DNA from: Octopus sinensis
Taxonomy: Eukaryota
Direction: 5' to 3'
Assembly (NCBI RefSeq): GCF_006345805.1
Contig: NW_021832389.1
Coordinates: 21,288-85,287 of the forward strand
DNA length: 64,000 nucleotides
The number at the start of each line of letters is the position of its first letter. The stretch's first letter is position 1. Shown one piece after another: positions 1 to 13,171 of this stretch. The position numbers were made by a program, and so were the translations under genes. The notes under the pieces are model-generated. The model had not been told where the DNA came from and did not search any database. It saw only the letters and a program-made list of their open reading frames with translations.

Positions 1-349
1 TATATATATATATGATTATACATTCGTATATATGTATATACATTTAACTAAGTTTATAACTGTACATACGTGTATGTGCAATATAAATATAGGACAATTT
101 CATCCTCGACAAAAATACATACATGTGTTACATATGTAGGCATACATGTGTGTTTTTGTGTGTGTGTGTGTGTGGTTACGTGTGCGTGTGTATATGTGTG
201 GTTACGTAGGTGTTTGGGTATGTGTGGGTGTGTGTACGTGTGTGTATACGTTATCTGTTAGAAGTACTGACGTGAAATCGTGTATTCATATGTATGGCTG
301 AATGTGTGCGCGCATATTTTTGCAGATGCGTGTCTGTGAGTCAGTATGT

Positions 350-403
<54 letters not shown>

Positions 404-1325
404 ACCTAAATGTAATACATTTGTGACAATGAGTTTGAAATCCAACGAAATTAAGCAAACGTTCGACCAGAAAGCAATACCACGTTTTGGTTGGAAAGCG
501 GTGGGAAACCATTCTGTGGTATTATGTGCGTTGTTCGTTCGTTCGTTCGTTCTTCTTCTTCCATTAATAAAAGTTATTTGTCAAACGTAGAAGAGTGTCA
601 TTTTTGCGGTTGAATCAATATTACAAAAGTTGTTATATTCTGGTGTAGCGATGGGAATATAGATATTAGAAAACTTGAGGGAAACTGTCAAAAACGTGAG
701 CTGGACTTAGTGACTTGTACATTAAGCATGAACTTTTCCACAGACAAGTATCTATTTTGGCTCGATACGGTGAAGTCAGAGAGAAATATTTTCGTGTTGT
801 TTAAATTCTTTGTGATTAGACTGATTTACATCAACGGAGAGATATGAGTTCCAATTTATCGATTTCTTGGCTAGGAACAAAGTCGCCGAATATGTAGAAG
901 AGAAGTAAGGTTACGTAGTTCTTTGACACTTGTATATATCTCATGATCATTTGGTGTTGTTAATTCAAATTCAGAGAGACAGTATCGATACCTAGCAATG
1001 GCACGCAATTCTGAATTGTAGAATGTGATGTATGTAACTCGATTGAACGGCCAATTAGTGCATGTGTTGTCTTTGTATTTTACCGATTTAACGAAAATCG
1101 AACATAAAATTGATATGGTTATTCGAACGTAAAATCTTACAAAAGAATCGATTGACTTTGTTCAAGTATCTCTTTCATAGATGCTTCACCAAAATTGGCA
1201 TAAAAAGAAACTTCTGATAATGGACATCGTTAATATTCGAAATCAGGACGTAGGTCTTAGAACTTATTGAACAGAACCAAAAGCAGTTTTTAACACTTCA
1301 TTTACCAATATTGAATTAAACCGAA

Positions 1326-1991
1326 GGCGGTGACCTGGTAGAATCGTTCGTATGCCGGTTAAACTGCTTAGTGGCATTCCATCCGTCTTCACATTCTGAG
1401 TTCAAATTCCATCGAAGTCGACTTTGCCTTTCATCCTTTCGGGGTCGATAAAATAAGTACCAATTGAGCGCTAGGGTTGATGTAATCGATTTAATCCCTT
1501 ACTTGAAATTCCTGGCCTCGTGCTAAAATTTGAAATTAATTTTGAATTAACTGAAGACGGCTAGCTAGCAGAATCTTCAGCACGCCGGACAAACTGCTTA
1601 GCGGCATTCCATCCGTCTTCACATTCTGAGTTCAAATTCCATCAAGGTCGACTTTGCCTTTCATCCTTTCGGGGTCGATAAAATAAGTATCAGTTGAGCG
1701 CTAGGGTTGATGTAATCAATTTAATCCCTTACTTGAAATTGCTGGCCTCGTGCTAAAATTTGAAATTAATATTGAATTAACTGAAGACGGCTAGCTAGCA
1801 GAATCTTTAGCACGCCGGACAAAATGCTTAGCGACATTTTCTCCGTTCTGAGTTCAAATTACGCTGAGGTCGAGTTTGCCGTTCCTTCTTTCGGGAGTCG
1901 ATATAAATACCAGTTGAAAAGTGGGGTCGACGTAATGCACTTGCTACTAACCGCAAAAATTACTGGTCTTGTGTCCAGACTTGAAACCAAT
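1326..1991 (+). mobile_element. Tandem triplet of SINE-A (tail type 2), period ~235 bp
   Basis: Three head-to-tail copies with B-box-like GAGTTCAAATT; the first two carry the core GTCGACTTTGCCTTTCATCCTTTCGGGGTCGATAAAATAAGTA. Units start near 1326, 1558 and 1797; the third is more diverged. Confidence 0.85.
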
Positions 1992-2241
1992 ATCGAAAGA
2001 ATTGAATGAAATCTCACATAGGTACTTGAAATCAAGCACGAAAAGAAGAAAATTAAATTGATGCTTCAAGGCGTTTTATCTCGTATTTCTGTTTAATATC
2101 GTTCCTCATCATTTCTTTATCCGGATTTCTGAATTTTGATTTCAAATCCTGCCGGGTCAGTTGTGCAGTTTAACATTTCAGGATTCATATAAACAATACA
2201 TTAATCCAGAGCGTTAGATTAAGTAAACTACTTTGCGTGTC

Positions 2242-2473
2242 AGGCGGCGAGCTGGCAGAAACGTTAGCACGTCGGGCAAAATGCGTAGCGGTATTTCGCC
2301 TACCGTTACGTTGTGAGTTCAAATTCCGCCGAGGTTGACTTTGCCTTTCATCCTTTCGGGGTTGATTAAATAAGTACCAGTTACGCACTGGGGTCGATAT
2401 AATTGACTTAGTCCGTTTGTCTGTCCTTGTTTGTCCACTCTGTGTTTAGCCCCTTGTGGGTAGTAAAAAAATA
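2242..2473 (+). mobile_element. SINE-A, full length (tRNA head + Deu/Nin-like core + tail type 1)
   Basis: GGCGGCGAGCTGGCAGAAACGTTAGC head, B box, tail ending GTGGGTAGTAAAAA. 15-bp TSD TACTTTGCGTGTCAG at 2229-2243 and 2474-2488. Confidence 0.92.
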
Positions 2474-2518
2474 TACTTTGCGTGTCAGACGAGGTGATAG
2501 AGAGATAGAGACAGACAT

Positions 2519-2554
<36 letters not shown>

Positions 2555-2557
2555 ACT

Positions 2558-2596
<39 letters not shown>

Positions 2597-4229
2597 GGTC
2601 GATTGATTAATTGATTGATAGAAATTCTGTGCAAGCGTTCCTAAGTTGTGATTATAAGAAACACTTAATATTTCTCTGATCAGAGATAAATCGAACGTCA
2701 AATATCTAGTAACTGAACTATATATCTACGAATATCAATCGCAGCGTAGCTCATGGAATACCAGGCATTCCACTTGCGAGAATATATCAACTTTTGAACC
2801 GGATGCCTTTTACCAAAAACAGTCTTACTAATGGTTGACAAACCTACTTTCCAAACAGTGTATAAATGAGATGGAAATATTTAAAAGCTTCGTTAAAATT
2901 ATTACATTTTTGATACGTAGTTTGTATTCAAAGAATTTGACAATTATGGCAAGAGAAAAACATAGCAAAACAAAATGAAGTTAGGAAGCATAAAATAGAA
3001 TTTGCCATAAATTTATTTTGTAGGAATGATTGAAATGCATTCATTCTGTTTGATAATTAGCAAAAGTCTGCTGTGATAAATATGAAAATGTAAATAGCAT
3101 GAGTTATTCAAAAGGTTATATTTTTTTTTTGTAATTTTTCTATTACTGCTGTTTATGAAATCTACTGGTGTTTTAAATACACGCATATCTATTGATCGGA
3201 AGAGAAATTTAATTTTGTTTCGATATTGCGCAATGGAATCACGTAGAAATACTGAACTAAGATGAAGATAAAAGATGAAGACATTGAACATCTATTAAGA
3301 GCGTTTCATTTGCTCCTATAATAAACCAACGAAGAAAAATGCTAACATAACAAATGCCAAAAAAATAACGAAATATAATATATATTAGGTAACTCAGTCT
3401 TGGTTTGATCAGATTCTAATTAACTTAGGTCACATGATCTCTATTTATATTGTAAACATTTTATAGAGATATGGGGATTTTGTCCTCAGCGGAAGTGGTT
3501 CCCGATTTGAGATTAGCAATTCATTAGCAAAAGTAATTATACAATACACCACACGTCATATGAGATTTATTAGATCTGTAGCAAAAGAAAAGGATGCTTT
3601 GTTAAGGAAGTCTTTTAATTTAATCTACACCACGGGAGACGGCATTCTATGAAACTGCAATTAAAATATTTCTCCCTAAAATGGGAACTTCCAATAATCG
3701 ACATCATTCAACTCCAACCTGCAATATCTATCCCAGATTCCTACACAATTGTCAATGTGGGAAATGCTTGAGGTTCACCAATTTCATTCGGATACACATA
3801 AATACATAGCACCGACTACCAATTGAATGTATGAGCACTGTCAGAAAATAATATCTCATTCATCTTATCTGATATTAATGCCGAGTCTCATGTGCGTCTA
3901 TCAATCGTATATATATTTATATTTTTATATGTGTGTGTGTACGTATGCATGTTTATACACACTACACACACATGCATACATACACACATACGTATACATA
4001 TGTGCATTTAGACGTAAATGTATATGAAACTTTCCATCAGTTAAAAGAATAAAGAAGTATATATATTTCTGTATAAAGTTGTATTTCTTCTGTTTTCCTT
4101 TCTTTTGATTTCTTTACGAGGGAGGGAAGTCTACCTGGAAAATAATGCTTTCTCTTATTAATTTAGCATTACAATTTAGTAATATTTTATCTATTCTGGT
4201 TTCAAGCACAGGATGTATGCATCGAGGAT

Positions 4230-4274
4230 TTGTAGACAGGCCTGTTTCGACATAAGTGTATATCATCAGTGCGA
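4230..4274 (-). ncRNA. Degenerate type-I hammerhead ribozyme motif
   Basis: Minus strand reads TCGCA-CTGATGA-TATACACTTATGTC-GAAAC-AGGCCT-GTC-TACAA: intact core and palindromic stem III (ACAGGCCTGT). Stems I and II are imperfect. Confidence 0.5.
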
Positions 4275-4354
4275 ACTAAATAGAGCCACTTTAATATTAT
4301 TGAATTTCGTAAGATTTACAAACCTCCCACAAAAAAAAAATAAATAAACAAATA

Positions 4355-4430
4355 GATGGCGAACTGGCAGAATCGTTAGCACACGACGGACAAAATGCTT
4401 AACGACATTTCATCCGGCTCTTTACGTTTT
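4355..4430 (+). mobile_element. SINE-A 5' fragment, interrupted by SINE-B
   Basis: GGCGAACTGGCAGAATCGTTAGCAC head, cut off where SINE-B starts. Confidence 0.7.
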
Positions 4431-4432
4431 AT

Positions 4433-4830
4433 AGGCGCAGGAGTGGCTGTGTGGTAAGTAGCTTGCTTCCCAACCACATGGTTCCGGGTTCAGTCCCACC
4501 GCGTGGCATCTTGGGCAAGTGTCTTCTGCTATAGCCCCGGGCCGACCAATGCCTTGAGAGTGGATTTGGTAGACGGAAACTGAAAGAAGCCTGTCGTATA
4601 TATGTATATATATGTATGTATGTGTGTGTTTGTGTGTCTAGTGTTTGTCCCTCTAGCGTTGCTTGACAACCGATGCTGTTGTGTTTACGTCTCCGTCACT
4701 TAGCGGTTCGGCAAAAAGTGACCGATAGAATAAGTACTAGGCTGACAAAGAATAAGTCCCGGGGTTGATTTGCTCGACTAAAGGCGGTGCTCCAGCATGG
4801 CCGCAGTCAAATGACTGAAACAAGTAAAAG
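4433..4830 (+). mobile_element. SINE-B, full length (tRNA head + CORE-like segment + internal (TA/TG)n + 3' module)
   Basis: GGCTGTGTGGTAAG A-box-like, GGGTTCAGTCCC B-box-like, TTGGGCAAGTGTCTTC CORE-like motif, 3' end CAAATGACTGAAACAAGTAAAAG. Homologous to 37355-37740. Confidence 0.88.
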
Positions 4831-6099
4831 AGAAAGAGAAAGAAACAGGAAAATAGGTGAAATGGATCGTGATACATGAACGTATTGGACAAAATATTTC
4901 ATTAAAACAATTAATAATGGTTCTTACTTCACTTAAATACAACTGAAGATGCAATTAGTATTTAAAATGACATAGATGTGTAGCGATTGTTTTAAATAAC
5001 CCTAGTATATTTTCTGTTGCTAACAATGGCGTTGCATCATTTTTGCAGTTGCTCTACAAATCTTAAAAATTATCCTTCTAGTCGTTTTGTACGAATGCAT
5101 GCGTGTAAAAAAAGATTGTTATTCTCGGACGTGTTATTTCATTTTTGCATTTAACGACTAAAGTCTGAAGTTATCGAGATATTCTATAACGCAGTGCAAT
5201 GCGTAAAAGAATATTTAGCGTTTTAATGCGAATAGCTCTTGTATTGTTCGATCCTTCCTCTTTTTTTTTATTGGATGATAAAACTCTTATCACCATTTCT
5301 ACCATAATGCTAAATATAACAGAAAATATTTGAATTACTGCTATTGTGTGTGAATTTATATATGCAGAAAAAAAAGCGAAACAGGGGCACATATATGTTG
5401 TTTAAGGTTTTCATAGTTTTCCAGAGAACCGACAACAGTGTCTTAGGTAAATGTATTTTCAATGATATCGCGTAAATTTCTGTAGCAATGTAATCTCGTT
5501 TCTAATTTATGAATGAGTTTCTTTGCAAGAGCAGGAGAGGTCTTAACTGGAACATTATTCTCTCTCATTAATTAAATAACATACAAGCATATTAGTTTCT
5601 TTTCTTAGCATTTAATTTAATTTCGTTTCAACTACAATATTTACACTCTTATTATTTGTTTCGACATAATTATGTCTCATTTGTACAAACTAATTAAGGC
5701 TACATTAATTGCATTGCATTTGGTAAACATAGCTACATGCATATAAGTACGTATGTGTAAATGGGTGCATAAATATTTTTGTGCATATATATATATATCA
5801 TATATGTGTATATATACTTGTATATATATACTTGTATATTTTTGATCGCTTTTATCTCTCTATACATGTGTCTATGAATGTGTGTGTGTACAAGTACACA
5901 CACATATACTCATACATATGAATAAATATTCGTAGAAAATAATTACTTTCATCAATTAGAGTATATTTCGTACGTATATAATTGACTCTCCTGTGGTTAG
6001 ACGACGTGTTGGGGTTTGACACTTTCTTACCGAGAAACCACACACAGGATTTGTTCATAGTGATCAAAAGCTGGTGTAAACACAAGCTCACTCCCTCCA

Positions 6100-6282
6100 T
6101 CTGATCGACATTACCTGTACAAGTGCAACCTGGTACCACATGTGAGATGTAGAAATGATCGCAGAACAACGTGAAATAAAGTACTTTGCTCAAGAACCCA
6201 ACGCAACACCCGGTCTAAGAATCGAACACCCGATCTCGCAATCGCGAGTGCAACATCTTAACCACTAAGTCATGCACCTTCA
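6100..6282 (-). mobile_element. SINE-C-related element (degenerate)
   Basis: Plus strand CAACGTGAAATAAAGTACTTTGCTCAAG...GAATCGAAC...AACCACTAAGTCATGCACC is the reverse complement of the SINE-C head. Tail shared with 19555-19765. Confidence 0.7.
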
Positions 6283-6643
6283 ACTATACATATTTGGTAT
6301 GCATATATATATATACATACTGGTATACATATACAGGCGAGCTGGCAGAAGCGTTAGGACGCCGAGTTACTTTCATCTTGCACTGATCTACATATATATA
6401 TATATATAATATATATATATATATATAGTGCTTAACACCACGTATATGAAAGGTTTTACGTCGCATGAGAAATACGGTATCTTTTCTGTCAAAGATGTAC
6501 GTGTCAAGTAGGAAACGTAGATGGCTCCGTTAATTTAATGTTCATTTAATTGCAGATGTCGAATAGAGTCAGCACCATTCACGAGAAAGTAAGGACAGGT
6601 GTCGATTTGGTTTACTAAAACCTTTTCAGATGGTCTCCCGGGC

Positions 6644-6713
<70 letters not shown>

Positions 6714-7029
6714 ATATATATATACATATGCATGTATGTATGTATGTAGGTTTATATATATATATGTATATACATATAAGTATACATGTGCTTACATATA
6801 TGTAAAATATATATATATATATATATATATACATAAGAATACATATATATATTGCGTTATTGGAGTCGGTTCATACGATACATTTCATGTTATGCATATT
6901 GAAAATCAATTGAAAAGATGTGAAATTTATGGATAAAGTTAAATTAAAAACGCTCCGTTCTTTTAAAGTATCAACGATTCGTAATGAAGACGAAACATTT
7001 ATCGATTAGAAAAATAATAATTGTGTGAA

Positions 7030-7167
7030 AATAATAACAACAGGACTACTACTACTACTACTAGTAGTAGTAGTAGCAGCAGCAGCAGTAGTAGTAGTAG
7101 TAGTAGTAGTAGAAATAGGAGGAGGAGGAGGAACAATAATGACGACGTGGACGATGACGATGATGAT

Positions 7168-7200
<33 letters not shown>

Positions 7201-7234
7201 TATAATGATGATGATAATGATGATGATAATAATA

Positions 7235-7265
<31 letters not shown>

Positions 7266-7285
7266 TTATAATGATGATGATAATG

Positions 7286-7320
<35 letters not shown>

Positions 7321-7794
7321 AATGATAATAATAATAATAATAATCTTCTCTGTATCGTTCCAATTTTTGTATATGTATTGCCGAAACAGCAACAACATCA
7401 ATAATAAGAAGAAGAATATTAATAATAATAATAAAAACAACAATGAACTTAATTTTTACAGAATTTATGAATTTGGAATAAATGATAATATTAATTTCTT
7501 ACATTTGAAGAATGTAATATTAATAAGAATAACATCAATAATAATAATGATGATGATGATAATAATAATAACGATAATAATAATAACAACAACAACAACA
7601 GTAACTGCAGCAATATCAAATTAAAGGTAAGACGAATATAGAAAGAAGGAAAGAATACAGAAGGTGAGAATGAGAAGCATAATTTGCGAATAGCTGTTTT
7701 CTTTGTTCATTTAAATTTATGGCACTTTTAGAAATTTAAATGTAATGATAATAATAACAATAACAACCGTAACAACAACAACAACAACAACAAC

Positions 7795-7840
<46 letters not shown>

Positions 7841-8810
7841 GTAATAATAAAAATAGTAATAATGATGAGGATAGTAATAATAATAATAATAATAGTAATA
7901 ATAAGAATAGTAATAATAAAAATAATAATAATGATGATGATGATGATGATGATGATAATAATAATAATAATAATAATAATAGCTGTCAGTAACATTACCG
8001 ACCAAAGAAATCCTGCGATGTTATTGTAACAAAACACAACAAATGTATCTTGAAAAGGGGTCAAAATTAGTTAAAGGTCTTCTATAATTCTCATCGCGAA
8101 AGAAATGTTAGTTCCATTAATTTCCGGTTTCTGACAATTTTAGAATCACTCAATAATTTCTGCCATGTTTAAATTTTGGCGATAGCACAGGAAGTGAATG
8201 GGGGGGGGGGATAAAAAAAACAACAAAACAAAGCAAAACAAAAACAGACACAAAACAAACGGGAAAAGAAAAGAAAAAAGAAAATCAAGTATAAAGTCGT
8301 AATAGGATGATATATATTCTATAATATGATGTAATATACCAGCTTTGTGCGTTTGTGTTTGTGTTGTTGCTGCTGTTGTTGTTGTTGTTTTTGGTGCTGT
8401 TGCTCTTGTTGTAGTTGTTGAGGAGGAGGATTATGATGGTGGTAAAGATGACGATGATGAAGAAGATGATGGTGAGGATAATGAAGAAGATGATGATGAT
8501 GGTGATGATGGTGGAGGATTAGGATGAGGAAGAGGAAGAGGAGGATGATGGTGATGATGTTGTTCAAGATGATGATGATGATGTTGATGATGATACGATC
8601 ATGATCATCATCATGGTAATGGTAGTGGTGATGGTGATGATGGTGATGATGGTGATGATGATGGGATGAGAAGGAAGATTAAAAATGATGATGATGGGAT
8701 GAGAAGGAAGATTAAAAATGATGATGAGGAGGAGAAGAAGGAGGAGAAAACTGTCGATGGTGGTGGTGGTGGTGGTGGTGGTAATAATGATGATCATCCT
8801 CAACAATTAT
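7030..8810. repeat. Trinucleotide microsatellite field (ACT/AGT/AGC/GAT/AAT/ACA/GGT)
   Basis: Direct reading. It explains the poly-N/I/D/H ORFs in the track. Confidence 0.95.
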
Positions 8811-8886
8811 GACGTGAACTTGCGGAGGATTTAGCTATTATGTCTGGCAAACTGAAGAACCACGTACAGCCTTCCCTTTGGCTTTG

Positions 8887-8932
<46 letters not shown>

Positions 8933-10544
8933 GCGTTTGTGTGTTTGAGTATGCTTCGGTGTGTGTGTGTGTGTTTCTCTGTGTTTGTATGCGCATGTAT
9001 ATAGTTGTGTGTGTGTGTGTGAAAGTGTGTCTGTTTTTCTAACGAAAAGGGGTTACAATGTTTTGTGTTTTATTGTTGTAAATCTTTTTCAAGGTTGGGA
9101 GCGACAGCAAAAATCCTTCGAGACTCAAATAAATCAGCTTTGTAGTATTTAATTAACATCCTTTTATTTGCTTAATTATTATCGTTATTATTTTGCATGC
9201 CGAATCCGGAAGATGGGGCGCTGTCCATGAACTTTATAGTCTCTTCAAAATCCGTGGCCTTGACGCCATTAATGTTCCGGTTAAATTCTTGCAGGAAAAA
9301 CATGAACAGAAAGAGAATTCCGGAGGCACACGCTCAAGAGAAGAACGATTTAGCATAATGATTAGTAACGAGTTGCAAAACGAATTTTGATGCAACAGAG
9401 CGGACGAGTAGCGAGAGAAAGAGAGAGACAGAGAGAGACAGAGAGAGAGAGAGAGAGGGTGAGAAAGAGAGATAGAGAGATGAAGGTTTTGAGTATGCTT
9501 GAGTTTTGATATAACGAGGCGTAGTGGCTAGTGCGGGGTTTGAGTAGGGAGTTTGAGACAACAGCGGTGACCAGAAGCGAGGAAAAGCGTTAGTTAAGTG
9601 TCCTTAAGAGACGTGAGTACTAGAGCAGCCAGTTTCTAGAAATATGACTATTACGGCACCAATATAAGAGATTTTGAAAGAGGGCCAGCAACAGGAATGT
9701 CCGGTAGTGAATCAAATCCTGCCGACTCAACGTCAGCATTCATCCTTCTGGAGTTTTTTGTACCGAAGCTATTTATATTTTTCTAATGCCTCCTGGCATT
9801 ACAATTGTGAATTGTATTATTAAAGCGAAAATATGTTTTGATGTTCATATTAGCGGTGTTAATAAATTAAATAGCTCTTTATAAAACTTGGTTGTATTTA
9901 ATTGACTGTCCCATCCACCCGTATTATATCTGTGTCTTTATCCCGTCTTCTGATTCCAAATACCAGCTCTTTCTTCTGCTACTAAAGTCCCAGTTTTTGA
10001 AGTGTTCTAGCATTTTATTTACTGCACACTTCTCCATCAAAACACCTGAGCCTCGGTTTCAAATTTCAGTTATAACGTCTGGAAATATCGCTTCAGTTAC
10101 TTACAGGTTATTCGCCATTCTACGCAGTCATCATTTCAAAGTTGATCTGTGAGGGAAATTCAATATCTTGCTTGTAGAAATCGTAGAAAATTATAGATTT
10201 GCCACAAGTACAAAGGAACTGTCTTATCATCATTAGGCAAATTGATGAAGGTGTGTTTGGTGTTAATGTTGTGTCGTTCTTGTTGAAACGTCTGTTTATT
10301 GTTGTTCTTATAGCTTGCCTTGGGGTGGTTACGTTGCGCTTTTTGCGGAGGTGTGTTGCTGTTGTTGTTATTGATACTGTTCTTTTTACTATTGTTGGCC
10401 ATGTTCTTGTTATTGACCTCGGAGTATTATTAATGATTATTAGTGATAGTTGCTCAAGTTAATTGTCGTAGTAAATTGTGATAGTAGAAACGGTGGCAGC
10501 GTAGTGGTGGTTATAGTTCCGATGACGTTGAGTGTGGCAAGAAG

Positions 10545-10650
10545 TTGGGTTCAGTCCCACTGAGTGGAACCTTGGGCCCGGTATATTCTACTATGTCCCA
10601 GGGCGAAACGAAGCCTTGTGAGTGGATTGGTTAGGCGGAAACTGAAAGAA
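10545..10650 (+). mobile_element. SINE-B 5' half (degenerate)
   Basis: GGGTTCAGTCCCACTG...CCTTGGGC...GCCTTGTGAGTGGATT...GGAAACTGAAAGAA matches SINE-B. Confidence 0.7.
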
Positions 10651-10653
10651 CAT

Positions 10654-10825
10654 GTGGTTTCGATTCCTGGACCGGGCGACGCGTTGTGTTCTTGAGGAAA
10701 ACACTTCATTTCAAATGAGTAACTTTGCGATGGACTGGCGACCCGTCCAGCTGGCGAACACATGCGTCATAGAAGCCGGGAAACCGGGCCCATGAGCCTG
10801 GCTAGGCTTTAAAAGGGCGCATTTA
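10654..10825 (+). mobile_element. SINE-C-type fragment with V-domain-like segment
   Basis: GGTTTCGATTCC B box followed by TGCGATGGACTGGCGACCCGTCCAG (resembles the V-SINE domain, from memory). Tail GGGAAACCGG..ATGAGCC shared with 11510-11650 and 62402-62690. Confidence 0.65.
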
Positions 10826-10859
10826 TTTTATCATTCAGTATTGCAGTAGTTACAGCTAT

Positions 10860-11241
10860 GGAGGGGCAATGACCCAGTGGTTAGGGCAGCGGACTCGCGG
10901 TCATAGGATCGCGGTTTCGATTCCCAGACCGGGCGTTGTGAGTGTTATGAGCGAAAAACTCTAAAGCTCCACGAGGCTCCGGCAGGGAGGGGGGTGATCC
11001 TGCTGTACTTCTTCACCACAACTTCTCTCACTCTTACTTCTTTTCTGTTGTACCTGTATTTCAAAGGGCCGGCTTGTCACTCTCTGTGTCACGCTGAATA
11101 TCCCCGAGAACTACGTTAAGGGTACACGTGTCTGTGGAGTGCTCAGCCACTTACACGTTAATTTTCAGGAGCAGGCTGTTCCGTTGATTCGGATCAACCG
11201 GAACCCTCGTCGTCGTAACCGACGGAGTGCTTCCATCCATC
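10860..11241 (+). mobile_element. SINE-C, full length
   Basis: TGACCCAGTGG A box, GGTTTCGATTCC B box, tail ...CCCTCGTCGTCGTAACCGACGGAGTGC. 8-bp TSD ACAGCTAT at 10852-10859 and 11242-11249. Confidence 0.9.
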
Positions 11242-11384
11242 ACAGCTATAGTTGTAGGGCCAATATTCTTACTGTTTCAGTGGTTGTTCTGCTGCTTAAT
11301 GTGTTACTACGACTAAAGTAGTTTGCGGTTTTTATAGTAATAATGGTGACGGCTGAAGTTACACCGTTACCTGATGTTGCTGTG

Positions 11385-11650
11385 GGGCAACGTGAAATGA
11401 AGTGTTTTGCTCAAGAACACAACGCGTTGCCCGGTCCAGGAATCGAAACCACAATCTTACGATCATCGTGCTAACCACTAAGCCACGCGACTCCACAAAA
11501 ATAAATGTTCCTTCTCGAGTCATGCCAGGCTCATAAGGGCCGGTTTCTCGGTTTCAGTGGCGTAGAAATTCCCCACCTGGACGGGACGCCGGTCGTCGCA
11601 GGATTACTCATTTTTGCCAGCTAAGTGGACTGGAGCAACGTGAAATGAAG
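11385..11650 (-). mobile_element. Two adjacent SINE-C-type fragments (head 11385-11495; V-domain-type body 11510-11650)
   Basis: Reverse complements of the SINE-C head and of the V-like segment/tail seen at 10654 and 62402. Confidence 0.7.
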
Positions 11651-12427
11651 GCAATTCGCAATACCACTGAATTAACGACGTATCTTAGTCGCAGAGTCAC
11701 AGAATGAAATTGCTACAACATAATCCACTACAAACACTGCAAATAGTCGGTACCACAATTATTAAGCCATATACCATCACCGGTATCAGATCTAGGATAA
11801 TACTATACTACTATGATACTATCAAGCAAAACTGCAACCCCAGAACGATCAACACTATCTCGATAGTACCTACAACGCGCAAACGACAACATCGAATTAA
11901 GAAAGTATTCACTGCTAGAACTACTACCAATTCTGTAATTAGTAAAGTTACACCACCACCACCACTACTACGGATGCTACTGCTACGACTACTGCTGCTG
12001 CTACCGCAATTCAACGACTACAACAACAACAGCGACACCTCAAACAATGTACAGGAATATAACTTTACCATTAATATTTCAAGAAAACCCAATTTGATCT
12101 AGAATCATTACTGCAGGAGAATTATATTTCATTACATATATATATATATATATATACATTTATAAATTGTACATATATATGTGTGCGTATGTGTATGTAT
12201 GTATATATGTATGTCTGTATTTACATCTGAAATTGTACACACACTCATTAACACATAAACATACATAAATAGGAAATATATATTCTATGTATGTATATGT
12301 GTGTACGCGTGTGTATACATACTATACATATATATATATATAATATATATATATACATATATATATATATACATATATATATATGTATATGTATATGTAT
12401 ATATATATGTATATGTATAGTATAATG

Positions 12428-12459
<32 letters not shown>

Positions 12460-13122
12460 ATATATATAGATATATATATATATATATGTATATCGGTAAA
12501 GGCAGTCAGTTCAAGGAATGGAAATTTCTAATTCTACAAACTGGTTCCATATAGTTAGTTTCACTAGAATTATTTGTCACGCTGTTCAGCAAAACAACAA
12601 AAATTACAATAGTAAAACAAAGTAAAATCATACAAAAATATTATATATATATTATATATATATATTATATCAGTAAAAAGTAAAAACAAAAAAAAAAATA
12701 CTGAAAACAAAACGAAATAATATGATGATTGATGATGATGATGATGATGAAGGTGTTGTTGATGTATAGTAATAATAATAAGGATAATATTTTTGGCGCT
12801 GCTATTTGCTTATAACCATTTCCTATTTTACCATTAAATTTTCAAAAATGAACATCAGACCCCCACAGGCGTTGGGTTTTGAGATTTTAAATTGAGCAAT
12901 CAATTCTCTCCGTTATTACTTTCAATTTTACACACACATACAAACACACTGACACCCCACCACACACATCTATATATTACACACATATATATATATATAT
13001 ATATTATATATATTATATAGTATATATATATATATTACACATACTTAATATATATAGATACACAGATATATACATATATGTATGATATGTGTGTGTATAA
13101 GTTTGAACATATATATATATAT

Positions 13123-13171
<49 letters not shown>

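Noticed and set aside
824-910. Short frame FTSTERYEFQFIDFLARNKVAEYVEEK with GTAAGG donor
   Set aside because: An in-frame stop lies immediately upstream and there is no usable acceptor.
3467-3652. Open frame RYGDFVLSGSGSRFEISNSLAK.. with a possible AG acceptor and GTAATT donor
   Set aside because: No recognisable homology, and such signals are expected by chance in AT-rich DNA.
10860-10935. Functional tRNA genes in SINE heads (also 15874, 23940-24009, 41133, 62402)
   Set aside because: The heads continue into SINE bodies, several with TSDs, and I could not identify complete cloverleaf acceptor stems.
11704-12102. 132-aa ORF
   Set aside because: It lies on a decayed ACT/ACC triplet repeat with no recognisable domain.
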